This document shows positions 27,332 to 37,523 of a stretch of 64,000 nt of DNA, in pieces. The notes beneath the pieces are model-generated. The model ran no database searches, was not told where the DNA came from, and saw only the letters and a list, made by a program, of their open reading frames with translations. The position numbers and the translations under genes were made by a program. This DNA is from Candidatus Kaiserbacteria bacterium RIFCSPLOWO2_01_FULL_45_25 (GTDB lineage Bacteria; Patescibacteriota; Minisyncoccia; Phycocordibacterales; UBA918): contig MFLT01000003.1 of the NCBI GenBank assembly GCA_001781415.1, positions 6,672 through 70,671 on the forward strand, in the 5' to 3' direction. Positions within the stretch are counted from its first letter, which is position 1, and every line of letters begins with the position of its first letter.

Positions 27332-27495
27332 CAGTAATAAAACCGCCTCTGGCGGTTTTATTGTGCGCGGGAGAGCAAAGCGCTAATGCGCTTTGCGTAG
27401 GACTTGAAAGCCGGAACGATGCCGGAGGCGAGTGAGGCGGGGTCGCGGAAAATCTCTGAAAGAGATTTATCTGTGACCAAGTCCTCTCCTTGCTT
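27332..27495 (+). repeat. tRNA-linked composite repeat element, copy F (short core)
   Basis: Palindrome aataaaaccgcc..ggcggttttatt, then inverted 3' end gtgcgcgggagag, palindrome caaagcgc..gcgctttg, inverted T-arm cgtaggacttgaa. Core agccggaacgatgccggaggcgagtgaggcggggtcgcgg...atctgtgacc|aagtcctctcc, a direct copy of the tRNA T-loop/3' end. Confidence 0.6.
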
Positions 27496-27597
27496 AAACC
27501 TTCATCAAAACCTATACCGCTCATGTAATGAGAAAGACTCCTCTACGCACAAACAAAAAGACCCGAAAGGGTCTTTTTGTTTACCTTAAAAATTTTC

Positions 27598-28650
27598 CTA
27601 CCCCGCCCGCAACTTCGTCTTCTTAAACTGGGCTGGTCTAAAGTATCGGTTATAGTATCGGGCATATAGCTTCTTCAGCTTTTCTGGGGCCTTATCAGTC
27701 AGACGACACTTAGCAGAACAATACCCGTCTCGTGCCTTAATACAGGCATCACAACCCAAAAACAACACGTGGCAGACCTGGTTTTTGCAGTGATAGTGGG
27801 TATCGCTCTTGGCGGTCCGGCACAGGTGGCAATGTGAGATAACCTCGTCACCCACTCGTTCACCGAGGCGCTCATCAAACACAAAGTTCTTACCTTTAAA
27901 CTTGTTTGGCAGACCCTCTCGCTCCACTTGGTGCTTATAGTCAATCACCCCACCTTTGAGGTGCTTTACGTTTGTATAGCCCTGGTGCTTCATCCAGGCA
28001 CTGGCCTTCTCACAGCGAATTCCGCCAGTGCAGTATAGAGCGATTTTTTTATTCTTATGAACAGTCAGGAGCTTAGGGACTACTTCAAGCTCTTCGCGGA
28101 AAGTATCCACATCAGGAATAATCGCATTTTCAAAATGACCAATTTCACTCTCGTACGCATTACGCATATCAATCACCACTGCCTCTGGGTCGTCGATGTA
28201 TTCATTCATCTGCGCAGCAGTAAGGTATTCACCAGTGTTAGTGACATCAAAGCTATCATCATCAAGTCCATCAGCCACAATTTTATTTCGCACCTTAATG
28301 GTGAGTTTATAGAAAGACGGCATAGGACCTTCTTCAACTGCAATCTTGTATGGAACACCAGTTAGTTCTGGTTGTGCCTGTACCCACGCGTCAAAGGCCT
28401 CAAAATGCTCTTTAGGCACGTTCATTTGAGCATTAATACCTTCATGTGCCACATAGATGCGCCCCATACAGCCAAGCGCTGCCCAAGCTTCTAGGAGTCG
28501 TAGTCTAAAAGCGTCCGGGTTACCGATTTTGACATAACGATAAAAAGACAAAGTTACTCGCGGACGAGTATCTTTGAGGGCGGCAGCCCGCTTTTCGGAG
28601 CGTGGACGAAGATCTTTTAGTAGAGTTGGCATAGATATAATTAAGAACAA
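27598..28650 (-). CDS. trhO: Rhodanese-domain tRNA uridine(34) hydroxylase TrhO (YceA/UPF0176) with a Cys/His-rich C-terminal extension
   Basis: N-terminal UPF0176 domain (VTLSFYRYVKI...GRIYVAHEGINAQ), rhodanese active-site context LYCTGGIRCEKA. The C-terminal ~70 aa has multiple CxxC/HxH motifs. Confidence 0.75.
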   Translation of the reverse strand: MFLIISMPTLLKDLRPRSEKRAAALKDTRPRVTLSFYRYVKIGNPDAFRLRLLEAWAALGCMGRIYVAHEGINAQMNVPKEHFEAFDAWVQAQPELTGVPYKIAVEEGPMPSFYKLTIKVRNKIVADGLDDDSFDVTNTGEYLTAAQMNEYIDDPEAVVIDMRNAYESEIGHFENAIIPDVDTFREELEVVPKLLTVHKNKKIALYCTGGIRCEKASAWMKHQGYTNVKHLKGGVIDYKHQVEREGLPNKFKGKNFVFDERLGERVGDEVISHCHLCRTAKSDTHYHCKNQVCHVLFLGCDACIKARDGYCSAKCRLTDKAPEKLKKLYARYYNRYFRPAQFKKTKLRAG

Positions 28651-28898
28651 AATGGTACCAGAGACTATGCACTAGCGCAATGAATCTTGAAGGAGGTTCG
28701 ACCTCCTTCAGACGGATAATGGTCTAGTTTAACCTAAGCGCACATCACTACTTAAAACACCAAATTAAGTGGCTAAAGTCGCTTTTTAAACCCTTATTAA
28801 ATCAAGCCGGCCCACAAGGGCATTCTAGTGCCAAACTGCAAAATAATCCTATTTTACAAGGGTATTTTCAGTGCCATTTACTTGACTTTTGGGTCAAA

Positions 28899-28934
28899 GT
28901 ATGGTAATATAGCACCAGGTGGGTAGAGAAAGGT
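28899..28934 (+). promoter_or_regulatory. Sigma70-like promoter upstream of the SPFH gene
   Basis: TTGACTtttgggtcaaagtatggTAATAT with 17-nt spacing. Confidence 0.5.
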
Positions 28935-28974
28935 TTGGGAGCAATCCCCTTCCCGACTTTACCTAAAAAGTTAT

Positions 28975-30132
28975 TTGACAATTTTCTTACTTTTAGGAGC
29001 GATCATGGAAAAATCTAATCTGGGACGGCTTGTTATGACTGTCCTCTTCTCCTTCATCATCGGCATCATTTTGTTCGGTGTGAATTTTTTCACCGAACAG
29101 TCTTATGTCAGAATCCACATGATGTGGATGTGGCTCAGCCTCTTCTACATCATTTTCTCTTGGCGCTGGACCGAGCAAGTGCAGGCTGGCTTCAACGCCG
29201 TCCTGCAGCGCTTCGGAAAAAACGTGGACACTCTCGAGCCTGGTCTGCATTTCGCCCCTCTCTGGATCTACAAACTCCAGATGGTCGATATGCAAATCAA
29301 GCAGGACGAACTGCCTGACGAGCCAGAGAATATATGGCTCGGTGACGTTGACGCCATTCCGGGCGACAAAAAACCTGCTTTGCGAGTATCTTTCCGTGAT
29401 TCCATTACGGAGGCACAAGCACGGCAGATCTTCGGTGGCAGATTCACAGCTCCGGACGGTACAGTGTTCCAGGCAGACGTCCCCAAAGACGGCCTCTCGA
29501 GGCGTGTGACGGCACCGGTAGTGCCAGTGGTAGAGTACGTGGTCAAAAACCCCGAACTCTTTATCACCCGGTTCGCCCAAACCGCCGACCTCAGAAAGGT
29601 GCTGGAAGATGAAGTATTTCGCGTCATCAACATGCTCATGCCCAACATGAGCATCGGCCAAGCTTTGGCCAACAAAGCTTGGTTCAACTCCCACCTGAAA
29701 AAGACGGTTGAAGATCGCATCGAACGCGATGGTGAAGCGGGTAAAGATTGGGGTGTCGATGTCATCGGCGCTTTTATCAAAAACCTGCCACTGCATCACG
29801 GCCTCAACAAGGCCATTGGTGAAGCGAGCGAAGCGGAGTTCACTGGACGCGCAGACAAGGAACTCGCTATCCAGCGAGGAAAAGGTGCAGCTACGGCCGC
29901 TCATGACCTCGAAGCCGAGACCCTCAAAGGTCGCGGTGAAGGTCTCAAGGTAGCAATGAAGGCTACTGGGCTGACAGCTCAAGAAATCCAGGCCGCGGAA
30001 GTGGCTCGTGCAATTGGCGAAGGTGGCAACACTGTCGTGGTCGGTGGAGATGGCTTTGGCCAACTCCTCGGCGTCGTCAATGCCACTCTCGGTAAAAACG
30101 GTCAGAAGTCTGGCCAGAAAGGAAATCCGTGA
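28975..30132 (+). CDS. SPFH/Band-7 (stomatin/HflK/C-like) membrane protein; GC-rich
   Basis: N-terminal TM helices, then GFNAVLQRFGKNVDTLEPGLHFAPLW, the characteristic start of the SPFH domain. Ala/Glu-rich coiled-coil C-terminal half. Confidence 0.65.
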   Translation: MTIFLLLGAIMEKSNLGRLVMTVLFSFIIGIILFGVNFFTEQSYVRIHMMWMWLSLFYIIFSWRWTEQVQAGFNAVLQRFGKNVDTLEPGLHFAPLWIYKLQMVDMQIKQDELPDEPENIWLGDVDAIPGDKKPALRVSFRDSITEAQARQIFGGRFTAPDGTVFQADVPKDGLSRRVTAPVVPVVEYVVKNPELFITRFAQTADLRKVLEDEVFRVINMLMPNMSIGQALANKAWFNSHLKKTVEDRIERDGEAGKDWGVDVIGAFIKNLPLHHGLNKAIGEASEAEFTGRADKELAIQRGKGAATAAHDLEAETLKGRGEGLKVAMKATGLTAQEIQAAEVARAIGEGGNTVVVGGDGFGQLLGVVNATLGKNGQKSGQKGNP

Positions 30133-30968
30133 TTGAGTTTTTGATTGCGTTACTGGTGGTTGGATTGTTTGCGTGGCCGAAGCTGGTAAAGCTTTTGCCA
30201 CGTCAGGCAACTCCAGCCACACCAGCAGCACAAACCGGAGCGGGCAACCCTCCGGCACCAGCAGCACCATCCACTCCTGTTTCAAAGCGGGTCAAGTGGA
30301 TCGTTGGTGGCGTGATTGGCATCTTGATTCTGGCGCTCATTTGGCAGGCCTTGCCTACCGTGAGTACGCCAGAACAAGTGGCCAGCGTAAGCTGGTTCTA
30401 CAATCTCATGTCCTACCTGGATGTGAGCAATACAACCTTCGGCAAACCAGTTGCAGAACTGGTCGGTGTCACTCTGGCACCTTTCGTGCTGGCTATCGCT
30501 GCTGTGGCCTTGGCTGTGGCAGTGTTCTACCTAGTCCACTGGGGTGGAGGGGTGATGGTTGCCTTCGCAATCGTGCTGATGCTGGCCATTGGTTTCTACT
30601 GGGGCCTCAAAGCCTATGTCCAAGGGGACACGAGCTCAAGGCCTGTACCAGTCGATTTCCGGCGTGCAAACGTCGGAGAGACTGTGACGGTCCGGATGGA
30701 GCTGATGACTACTGCGGTGGTAAAACTCCGCATGGCCATCAAAGGTCGTGACAACGGTGTTTTCTGGGCTTGCCCAATTACCACCACTCCGGCCAAGCTC
30801 CCCTTCGCCCCAAAGTTCAAAGTGGCAGCCGGTGCTTACAACACCGAAAACCACATTGTTCTGACGCAAGCAAGCAAGGCGGAACTCATCGAGAACGGTA
30901 CCACCGCTATCGAGGTCACGTTCCAACTGGCAGTGGCACCGGACAACCCGTGCGCCAACCTGCTCTGA
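30129..30968 (+). CDS. Polytopic membrane protein, possible NfeD-like partner of the SPFH protein
   Basis: Translationally coupled to the SPFH gene by a 4-bp overlap. Multiple TM helices, then a C-terminal soluble beta-rich domain. The NfeD assignment is inferred from synteny only. Confidence 0.35.
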   Translation: MIEFLIALLVVGLFAWPKLVKLLPRQATPATPAAQTGAGNPPAPAAPSTPVSKRVKWIVGGVIGILILALIWQALPTVSTPEQVASVSWFYNLMSYLDVSNTTFGKPVAELVGVTLAPFVLAIAAVALAVAVFYLVHWGGGVMVAFAIVLMLAIGFYWGLKAYVQGDTSSRPVPVDFRRANVGETVTVRMELMTTAVVKLRMAIKGRDNGVFWACPITTTPAKLPFAPKFKVAAGAYNTENHIVLTQASKAELIENGTTAIEVTFQLAVAPDNPCANLL

Positions 30969-31037
30969 AGTAAGAAAATTGGAGCCACACAAAAGGCCTG
31001 GGAAGTTTTACTTTCCAGGCCTTTATTATTTTATATA

Positions 31038-31412
31038 TTATGGATTTGGAAACTGTGGAGGGTTTGGCAAAGTAAAAGCCGAACCGCAACCACTAGCTCC
31101 CGGAGTAGCCGCACAATCAAGCTGCTGTCCAAGTCCAAAGGTATTTGCTGCAAGTGTGAGAATTGCGTATGCCGATACCATAACAGTGAGTCCGATAAGA
31201 CCATACATAATATGCTTCTTACCATCTGCGCGTGCTGCATCATTATCAGCATTAAAGATGTAGACTGCAGAACCATAGATAAAGAATAAGAAAGCGATAC
31301 CAGACAATAAAGCAATGAGTGGAAACAGAATAGCATCGTTAAATCGCCCTACAAATTCTGCCGCCTCTGCCGCTCCTTGGCCTGCTTGGGCCGCCTGCTG
31401 TTGTGGTGTCAT
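31038..31412 (-). CDS. TrbC/VirB2-like 'T4SS-pilin'-type small membrane protein, paralog 1
   Basis: About 120 aa with two TM helices separated by a short loop and a Cys pair (DCAATPGASGCG). Confidence 0.5.
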   Translation of the reverse strand: MTPQQQAAQAGQGAAEAAEFVGRFNDAILFPLIALLSGIAFLFFIYGSAVYIFNADNDAARADGKKHIMYGLIGLTVMVSAYAILTLAANTFGLGQQLDCAATPGASGCGSAFTLPNPPQFPNP

Positions 31413-31505
31413 ATTTTATAATAATACCAGAAATTTGCCGCAGCCTAGCCGTAATACACAAAAGCCCCGTTAGGGGCTTTTGTGTAACATAAGTTAAGAG
31501 GTTAA

Positions 31506-31886
31506 TTAAAGACCTCCTACTTGTGGAATGTTATCTAGAGTATCTCCCTCTAGTCCAGTACTACTAGCGAGAAGGTTTACTACTCCCCAGAATACAATAA
31601 TAAGGAGGAAACCGAGTGTTGCGTAAATCATCAAACTCTTTCCTTGCTCCTTAGCATCATCGTTAGCACCGCCAACAATGAAGAACTTGAACATACCCCA
31701 AACGAAGACGAGGAAACCGATACCAATGATAAACGGAATAAGTACTTCGTTGGTAAATTCAATAATATTTCGAAGCAATGTTTCAAATTGACCACCTCCT
31801 CCTGAGGTTGCAATTTGAGCAAGTGCTACCATCGGTGAGAGGAGCATTGCAGCTGCTGATCCGGCAAATAAATTTAAACGTCGCAT
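31506..31886 (-). CDS. TrbC/VirB2-like pilin-type protein, paralog 2
   Basis: MRRLNLFAGSAAAMLLSPMVALAQ signal-like N-terminus and two TM helices. Near-identical N-terminus to the 31991..32320 gene. Confidence 0.55.
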   Translation of the reverse strand: MRRLNLFAGSAAAMLLSPMVALAQIATSGGGGQFETLLRNIIEFTNEVLIPFIIGIGFLVFVWGMFKFFIVGGANDDAKEQGKSLMIYATLGFLLIIVFWGVVNLLASSTGLEGDTLDNIPQVGGL

Positions 31887-31990
31887 ACAACAATTTTGAT
31901 ATTAATAATAACGCGCTACCTATAATTATACACAAAATTGTAGCGTAGCGCGCTAGCTTAAGCAGGTATGTGTATAAGTCTATACTAGGC

Positions 31991-32320
31991 CTAAAAGCCA
32001 AATATCGACTGCCGAAGCATGGCCACGACACCCCAAGCAATTACCATCAAGACCACAACAAAGACTGCGACCGTCGCATATTTCTTCCCTTCTTCACGTT
32101 TTTGTTCGTCGCCACCATTGAGGACCCAAGCATCAAATATCTTCCAAACTAAAAATAAAAAGACAACCGAGAAAATGGCTGGGATAATTAAATTTATAAT
32201 CCCAAGAATTTGATCTACAAAGCCATTAAAGGTGGTGGGAGTTGTAACCTGAGCAAGTGCTACCATCGGTGTAAGGAGCGTTGCAGCTGCTGATCCGGCA
32301 AATAAATTTAAGCGTCGCAT
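31991..32320 (-). CDS. TrbC/VirB2-like pilin-type protein, paralog 3
   Basis: MRRLNLFAGSAAATLLTPMVALAQ and two TM helices. Tandem paralog of the 31506..31886 gene. Confidence 0.55.
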   Translation of the reverse strand: MRRLNLFAGSAAATLLTPMVALAQVTTPTTFNGFVDQILGIINLIIPAIFSVVFLFLVWKIFDAWVLNGGDEQKREEGKKYATVAVFVVVLMVIAWGVVAMLRQSIFGF

Positions 32321-32337
32321 ATGATAAATTATGATAT

Positions 32338-32703
32338 TTAGAATGACTGTACTAAGTTACTGATAATTTCGGCAATCGCTACTGCACCAAGTACTAGCAC
32401 GCCACCAATGATGGCGTACGTCAGTGAGCGAGTGGCTTGCTCAATTTGTTGAGCGTTACCTTTGGCTGTCACATACAAGAACCCAGCGTAAATAATGAAG
32501 AACACAATAATTGGTACCGCGAGCACAATCACGATATTGAGGATAGCCGCCAAAAGTTCAGTGATGGTATTTACCCGGAGTGGGTTAGCAAGTGTAACCA
32601 CCTGACCCTGTGCACCCTGCGCCAAGGCCACTGATACCGAAGCCAACCAGGCTACAGCAGTAAGGAGAGCGGTCTCTAGAGTCTTTGGAATACTTTTTAG
32701 CAT
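32338..32703 (-). CDS. TrbC/VirB2-like pilin-type protein, paralog 4
   Basis: Signal peptide ending ...VALAQGAQG and two TM helices. Confidence 0.5.
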   Translation of the reverse strand: MLKSIPKTLETALLTAVAWLASVSVALAQGAQGQVVTLANPLRVNTITELLAAILNIVIVLAVPIIVFFIIYAGFLYVTAKGNAQQIEQATRSLTYAIIGGVLVLGAVAIAEIISNLVQSF

Positions 32704-32724
32704 GAAGATTTAATTATTTTAAAA

Positions 32725-34032
32725 TTAATAATACGCCTGCTGAGCGCGATTAACAGCGTCGTTGGCAGCTGAGCTAATATCACGACGATTAGCATTAATA
32801 TCATCAAGCATTTGCGTCATGATATCACCAAAGACAGTGGCGTCGGGATTGAGCCAGCCACGTGCATATGGAGCTGAGGTATAAGCGATCCGTCCATACA
32901 CGTCATTACTACCAGCAATCAAAAGACTGCGGTTGGCCGGAGCAAAGTTGTAACCATCGCTTAGTTGTTTGGCTGTCTCTGGCGCAGCTAGACGTAGCAT
33001 CACGGCGTACGCGCCATTTTTATTAATAGACGCTTTGGGAATCGTAAATGCGTAAAACTTGCCATAGGTGCGGCGAACCGAAGCCGTCTCTCCTTGTGGC
33101 ACTTCAGCAATATCAAAGCTGAGGTTTGGGTTCTTGGCTGCCAAGTCACGTCCTTCACTTGCAAAGCCAAAGTACATTGCCAAGTCTTCACTGAGGAACA
33201 TGTCTCTATCTAGGCGCAAGGCGCGATTCCAACTGTATAGGGTGTTACCGGTGTTACTGAAATTAGTAAAGAAAGCTGCGGCATTGGTGAAAGGTTGTGC
33301 GGCAGTCACTTCACCAGGTAATTGATTGAGTGAGACCTGGTAGGTGCCACGGGCTTCTGTCACCAAGGCACTACCTCCTTGAATGGCCAGCAGTGAAATA
33401 ATCGGGAAGGCATTTTTGATATTACGGTATTCGCCCATCGCGATACCAGCCGTTTGGATATTACGACTAAAATCGCGCACGGTCAGAGTTGGTACGGTAT
33501 TTGCAACCACTTCTTCCCAAGTCTTTGGGGCTACAATCAATCCCCCACGAGCGAAGATGTCACGGTTCCAAAATAGCACTAGTGGATCAACTGCCACTGG
33601 CATACCATAGAGGCCATCAGCTAGTGCAAAAACTTCTGCTCCATCTATGTAGGTAGTACGGAAATCACGTAGTGGGAATGTCTCATATGATAATGGTTGC
33701 AAGCGAACGCGATGCTTCACCAAACGCTCCTGAGACATAAACAACAAATCTGGTGGTGTCTGGTCGGCCAGCGCGTTTACAAACGCCGTATCAAAATCTT
33801 CTGGTGGAAAGTACTTATAGGTAACAGCATTAAAACCTGGGTCAGCAGTACGCACCTCACGAAGTACCGAATCAAATACCTCAGCTGGAACATCACCCCA
33901 AATTGCCACCGCTCCCACTTCAGTCACGTTTTCATCTGGTGCTGGCTCATATGCGCGCAAAAGAATAAGCGCCACAAACATGAGGACCCCAAAGACAACT
34001 ACCAGCACTAATTCAAATGGTCTTAATTTCAT
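32725..34032 (-). CDS. Extracellular solute-binding protein (ABC-transporter SBP family 1-like), membrane-anchored
   Basis: N-terminal TM anchor and a MalE-type SBP sequence (VDPLVLFWNRDIF...). No permease or ATPase genes are adjacent in the window. Confidence 0.6.
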   Translation of the reverse strand: MKLRPFELVLVVVFGVLMFVALILLRAYEPAPDENVTEVGAVAIWGDVPAEVFDSVLREVRTADPGFNAVTYKYFPPEDFDTAFVNALADQTPPDLLFMSQERLVKHRVRLQPLSYETFPLRDFRTTYIDGAEVFALADGLYGMPVAVDPLVLFWNRDIFARGGLIVAPKTWEEVVANTVPTLTVRDFSRNIQTAGIAMGEYRNIKNAFPIISLLAIQGGSALVTEARGTYQVSLNQLPGEVTAAQPFTNAAAFFTNFSNTGNTLYSWNRALRLDRDMFLSEDLAMYFGFASEGRDLAAKNPNLSFDIAEVPQGETASVRRTYGKFYAFTIPKASINKNGAYAVMLRLAAPETAKQLSDGYNFAPANRSLLIAGSNDVYGRIAYTSAPYARGWLNPDATVFGDIMTQMLDDINANRRDISSAANDAVNRAQQAYY

Positions 34033-34601
34033 ACTTTTCTAACAGCTAAGCCATAATGATGCTCACCGGCTGGATACTCCCGCTCTGGTATAAAGCGGGC
34101 CGCCTCACAAAGAGCAGTCGCCTGCTCTTGAGTAATTACATCTTTCGGTTGTGGACCGAGTCCACCAAAAGATTCTGTCCAATCAATAATATGCAGGACA
34201 CCACCAGGACGAAGGACCCGGTAAATTTCCTGCAATGCAGTTTCTTTAAGTTCAAACTGAAATAAAGTATTGACCAAGATAGCAGCATCGAGGGTGTTAT
34301 TGGGTAGCTTAATACCACCAACTTCTTCCAGATCACACCAAAGTGGACTGATATTTGAGAGGCCACTAAGGCGAGCAAATTCACCTAGCTTGTCCACTAG
34401 TTGCTTTTGGATTTCGCAGGCATAGACCTTACCCTCAGGACCAACTGCATCAGAAAGCGGTTTCAAAAAAAACCCGCCACCAGCACCGAGATCAGCCACT
34501 CTTTCTCCGGGCTTCAAGTGGAAGTGGGTTGCAACAACTTCAGGTATTACGAAACGACCAGGTAAGACAAAATTCATACGTATATTATACACGACCATCA
34601 T
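34029..34601 (-). CDS. Class I SAM-dependent methyltransferase (probable start at MNFVLP, 34577)
   Basis: SAM-binding motif VADLGAGGGFF and motif II/III context LDAAILVNTLFQFE. Confidence 0.7.
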   Translation of the reverse strand: MMVVYNIRMNFVLPGRFVIPEVVATHFHLKPGERVADLGAGGGFFLKPLSDAVGPEGKVYACEIQKQLVDKLGEFARLSGLSNISPLWCDLEEVGGIKLPNNTLDAAILVNTLFQFELKETALQEIYRVLRPGGVLHIIDWTESFGGLGPQPKDVITQEQATALCEAARFIPEREYPAGEHHYGLAVRKV

Positions 34602-34672
34602 CCTTAGAGACTCCGGCCTGTGTAATAAAAAACCACCCAGGTGAGTGGGTGGTTTTTAAATCTCTATCTAAT

Positions 34673-34942
34673 ATCGTCTATGGTCATTACCTTTAATGAC
34701 GCCTTAGAGCGCGAGTCCTAGTGAATTAAGTAAAACAAGGAGCCGTCGGCGACTATGCTTTTACTTATGCAGACGCAATGTTTGTTTCGACCCCGCAGGG
34801 AGAAACAAACATATGCGGCCTGCACCCAAGGGAATGGAAAATCAAGGACTTAGTTCGTAATATGCCCTTTGGAGATATCGAATTTAACATCGTCTATGGC
34901 AATCACCTTCAGCGAAGTTTTAGAGTTCGAGTCCTAGCAATT
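34673..34942 (+). repeat. Dispersed stem-loop element, family R, copy b, flanked by ~50-bp imperfect direct repeats
   Basis: DR-left atcgtctatggtcattacctttaatgacgccttagagcgcgagtcctag (34673-34726). Core taagtaaaacaaggagccgtcggcgactatgcttttacttatgcagacgcaatgtttgtttcgaccccgcagggagaaacaaacatatgcggcctgc. DR-right atcgtctatggcaatcaccttcagcgaagttttagagttcgagtcctag (34889-34942). Confidence 0.55.
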
Positions 34943-35006
34943 TGCCCTAGGAAGGGGCAAATTGAGGACAAAATTCGCCATAGTCGCTACGCTCGTTGGC
35001 TCATTT

Positions 35007-37475
35007 TTAAACGAACACCACGCTGGCAATTGCATCACCATCACGCATCTTCATGACGCGGACTCCTTGGGTCTGGCGACCGAGGGTTGGGACGTCCTTG
35101 AGTGGAAGCTTAATCACCTGCCCCTTCTGACTCATGATAACCAACTCTCCATCAGCTCGCTCATCTTCTTTGAGCACAATTCCGCAAACAATCTGTCCTG
35201 TCTTACTGGTCAACTTGGCGGTCTTGATACCTGATCCACCACGCTTTTGGACTTTGTATTCTTTGGCTGGAGTAGTCTTACCATACCCGAGCTGGGTCAC
35301 AATGAGGACTTCAGTCTTCTTATCATCTTTCTTAAATACATCGGCTGAGACAATGTGGTCTCCCTTACCGAGCTTCATACCAGTTACTCCAGCGGCAGTA
35401 CGACCCATTTCACGAACATCATTTTCCTTGAAACGGATTGATTGCCCTAGCAGTGTCACAAGTGAGACCTCGTCTCCCTTACCAACGAACTTGGCAGCAA
35501 TGAGTGAATCGTCTTCTTTGAGGGTGATGGCAATGAGTCCACTGCGACGAACATCCTTAAAGGCAGAAGCGTCACTCTTCTTGGCTACACCGTTCTTAGT
35601 AATCATCATGAGACCCCATTCACCAGCCCATTCCTCCTTGCGAACTGCTAGCACTGACGTAATCTTCTCTTCTTGTGTCATTGAAAGGAAGTTCATAATG
35701 GACTTACCTTTAGTGGCCTTACGTCCTTCTGGGATTTCAAACATCTTACTTTGGTACACCTTACCCTTATCAGTGAAGAAGAGGAGATCACTGTGAGCTG
35801 AAGTAGTAAGTAGTGTAGTAACCACATCTTCTTCCTTGGTGTTTAGGTCAATCACCCCTACCCCACCACGCTTTTGAGTTTTGTATTCTTCTGGGTTGGT
35901 ACGCTTTACGTAACCTCCAGCCGTGAGTACAAGCACACTTTCATCGTCAGGTATGAGGTCTTCTTGAGACATTTGCTTTACACCACCTTTTACGATTTTT
36001 GTGCGACGGTCATCGCCATACTTCTCGGCAATTTCGAGCAAATCATCTTTTACAATCTTCATCATCTTTTCTTTACTCTTGAGAATAGACTGAAGTTCCT
36101 TGATGAGCTTTTGCACTTCAGCTAGTTCGTCTTCAATCTTCTTGCGTTCAAGACCAGCCAGCTTCTGCAGGCGCATATCAAGAATCGCCTGGGCTTGGAT
36201 AGCTGAGAATTTAAATTCTTTCATCAAAGCCGCGTGTGCAGTCGGTACGTCCTTAGCAGCACGAATGAGCTTGATAATCTTGTCGATATGATCAAGCGCT
36301 TTCTTAAGACCAAGCAAGATATGCTCGCGGTCTTGAGCTTTGGTGAGGTCATACTGAGTGCGACGACGGATAACTTCAGCTCGGTGTTTTACATACTCCT
36401 CGAGGATCACCTTGAGTGAAAGAGTCTGTGGAATTCCGTCTACGAGCGCCACCATGTTGTAGTGGAAGGTATCTTCGAGCTGAGTGTGCTTGTACAGTTT
36501 ATTTAAAATAGTTTGTGGCTGAGCACCAGTCTTAAGTTCAATCACGATACGGATATCAGAGGTTGACTCATCGCGCATGTCACGAATACCTTCAATACGC
36601 TTGTCGCGTACCAAGTCTGCAATCTTAACCTGCAAGTCAGCCTTGTTGACGCGATATGGAATTGAAGTGATGACAATTGAAAACGCCCCACGCTTATCTT
36701 CCACAATCTCTGCCTCACCACGAACTACTACTCCGCCCTTACCGTTAGCGTAAGCGTGCGCAATGTCTTTTTGATTGAAGGCTACCGCTCCCACAGGGAA
36801 ATCTGGTCCTTTCACAAACTTGAGCAAGTCGTCTGTAGTAGCGCCTGGATTATCAATGAGGTGCGCCACTGCCGCCGCCACTTCCCGAAGGTTGTGTGGA
36901 GGGATGTTAGTCGCCATACCCACCGCAATACCAAGCGAACCGAGCAAGAGGAGGTTTGGTACAGCCGCTGGGAGAACCACTGGCTCCTTCTTGGTGCCGT
37001 CAAAGTTTGGCCGCCAATCAACTGTATCCTTCTCAAGATCGCGCAGTAGCTCTTCAGCTACCTTAGACATTTTGGCTTCAGTGTATCGGTAGGCCGCAGC
37101 TCCGTCTCCGTCGATTGAACCAAAGTTTCCTTGTCCAAGTACGAGTGGGTAGCGAGTAGCAAAGTTTTGTGCCAACTTAACCATAGCTTCATATACAGAG
37201 GCGTCTCCATGAGGGTGAAGACTACCAAGAACGTCTCCAACTACTGTCGCAGATTTCTTAAACTTAGCCGTTGAGGTAAGTCCATTGAGTCGCATCGAAT
37301 AGAGGATGCGTCGGTGTACCGGCTTTAGACCATCACGTACGTCAGGCAGGGCTCGCGACGTAATAACCGACATCGCATAGTCTAGGTATGCGGTCTCCAT
37401 TTCGCTCGTGATACTTTGAGCCACTATTCCGCGTGGTGAGGCTGGTGTTTCGTCAACAATTGTCTTTTTCGGCAT
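35007..37475 (-). CDS. gyrA: DNA gyrase subunit A
   Basis: Active-site region and QRDR ([20 protein letters not shown]), GyrA-box/beta-pinwheel C-terminal repeats, 822 aa. Confidence 0.95.
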   Translation of the reverse strand: MPKKTIVDETPASPRGIVAQSITSEMETAYLDYAMSVITSRALPDVRDGLKPVHRRILYSMRLNGLTSTAKFKKSATVVGDVLGSLHPHGDASVYEAMVKLAQNFATRYPLVLGQGNFGSIDGDGAAAYRYTEAKMSKVAEELLRDLEKDTVDWRPNFDGTKKEPVVLPAAVPNLLLLGSLGIAVGMATNIPPHNLREVAAAVAHLIDNPGATTDDLLKFVKGPDFPVGAVAFNQKDIAHAYANGKGGVVVRGEAEIVEDKRGAFSIVITSIPYRVNKADLQVKIADLVRDKRIEGIRDMRDESTSDIRIVIELKTGAQPQTILNKLYKHTQLEDTFHYNMVALVDGIPQTLSLKVILEEYVKHRAEVIRRRTQYDLTKAQDREHILLGLKKALDHIDKIIKLIRAAKDVPTAHAALMKEFKFSAIQAQAILDMRLQKLAGLERKKIEDELAEVQKLIKELQSILKSKEKMMKIVKDDLLEIAEKYGDDRRTKIVKGGVKQMSQEDLIPDDESVLVLTAGGYVKRTNPEEYKTQKRGGVGVIDLNTKEEDVVTTLLTTSAHSDLLFFTDKGKVYQSKMFEIPEGRKATKGKSIMNFLSMTQEEKITSVLAVRKEEWAGEWGLMMITKNGVAKKSDASAFKDVRRSGLIAITLKEDDSLIAAKFVGKGDEVSLVTLLGQSIRFKENDVREMGRTAAGVTGMKLGKGDHIVSADVFKKDDKKTEVLIVTQLGYGKTTPAKEYKVQKRGGSGIKTAKLTSKTGQIVCGIVLKEDERADGELVIMSQKGQVIKLPLKDVPTLGRQTQGVRVMKMRDGDAIASVVFV

Positions 37476-37523
37476 ATGTCTATGACTCGCTTTCCGCTAA
37501 AAATAATAAAGAGTATACCACAA

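Noticed and set aside
28993-30285. 430-aa minus-strand ORF overlapping the SPFH gene
   Set aside because: Antisense to a gene with clear SPFH motifs. Long antisense ORFs are expected in GC-rich DNA. No motifs.
34727-34824. tmRNA (ssrA) fragment, because the reverse complement contains ATAGTCGC like the tmRNA resume region
   Set aside because: Five copies in 64 kb. No tag-peptide reading frame, no tRNA-Ala-like acceptor/T-arm pairing, and no GGGG...CCA termini.
34778-35056. 92-aa plus-strand ORF between the methyltransferase gene and gyrA
   Set aside because: Covered by the family-R stem-loop element and its direct repeats. His-rich tail from read-through of non-coding DNA.
35134-35796. 220-aa plus-strand ORF inside gyrA
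   Set aside because: Antisense to gyrA.
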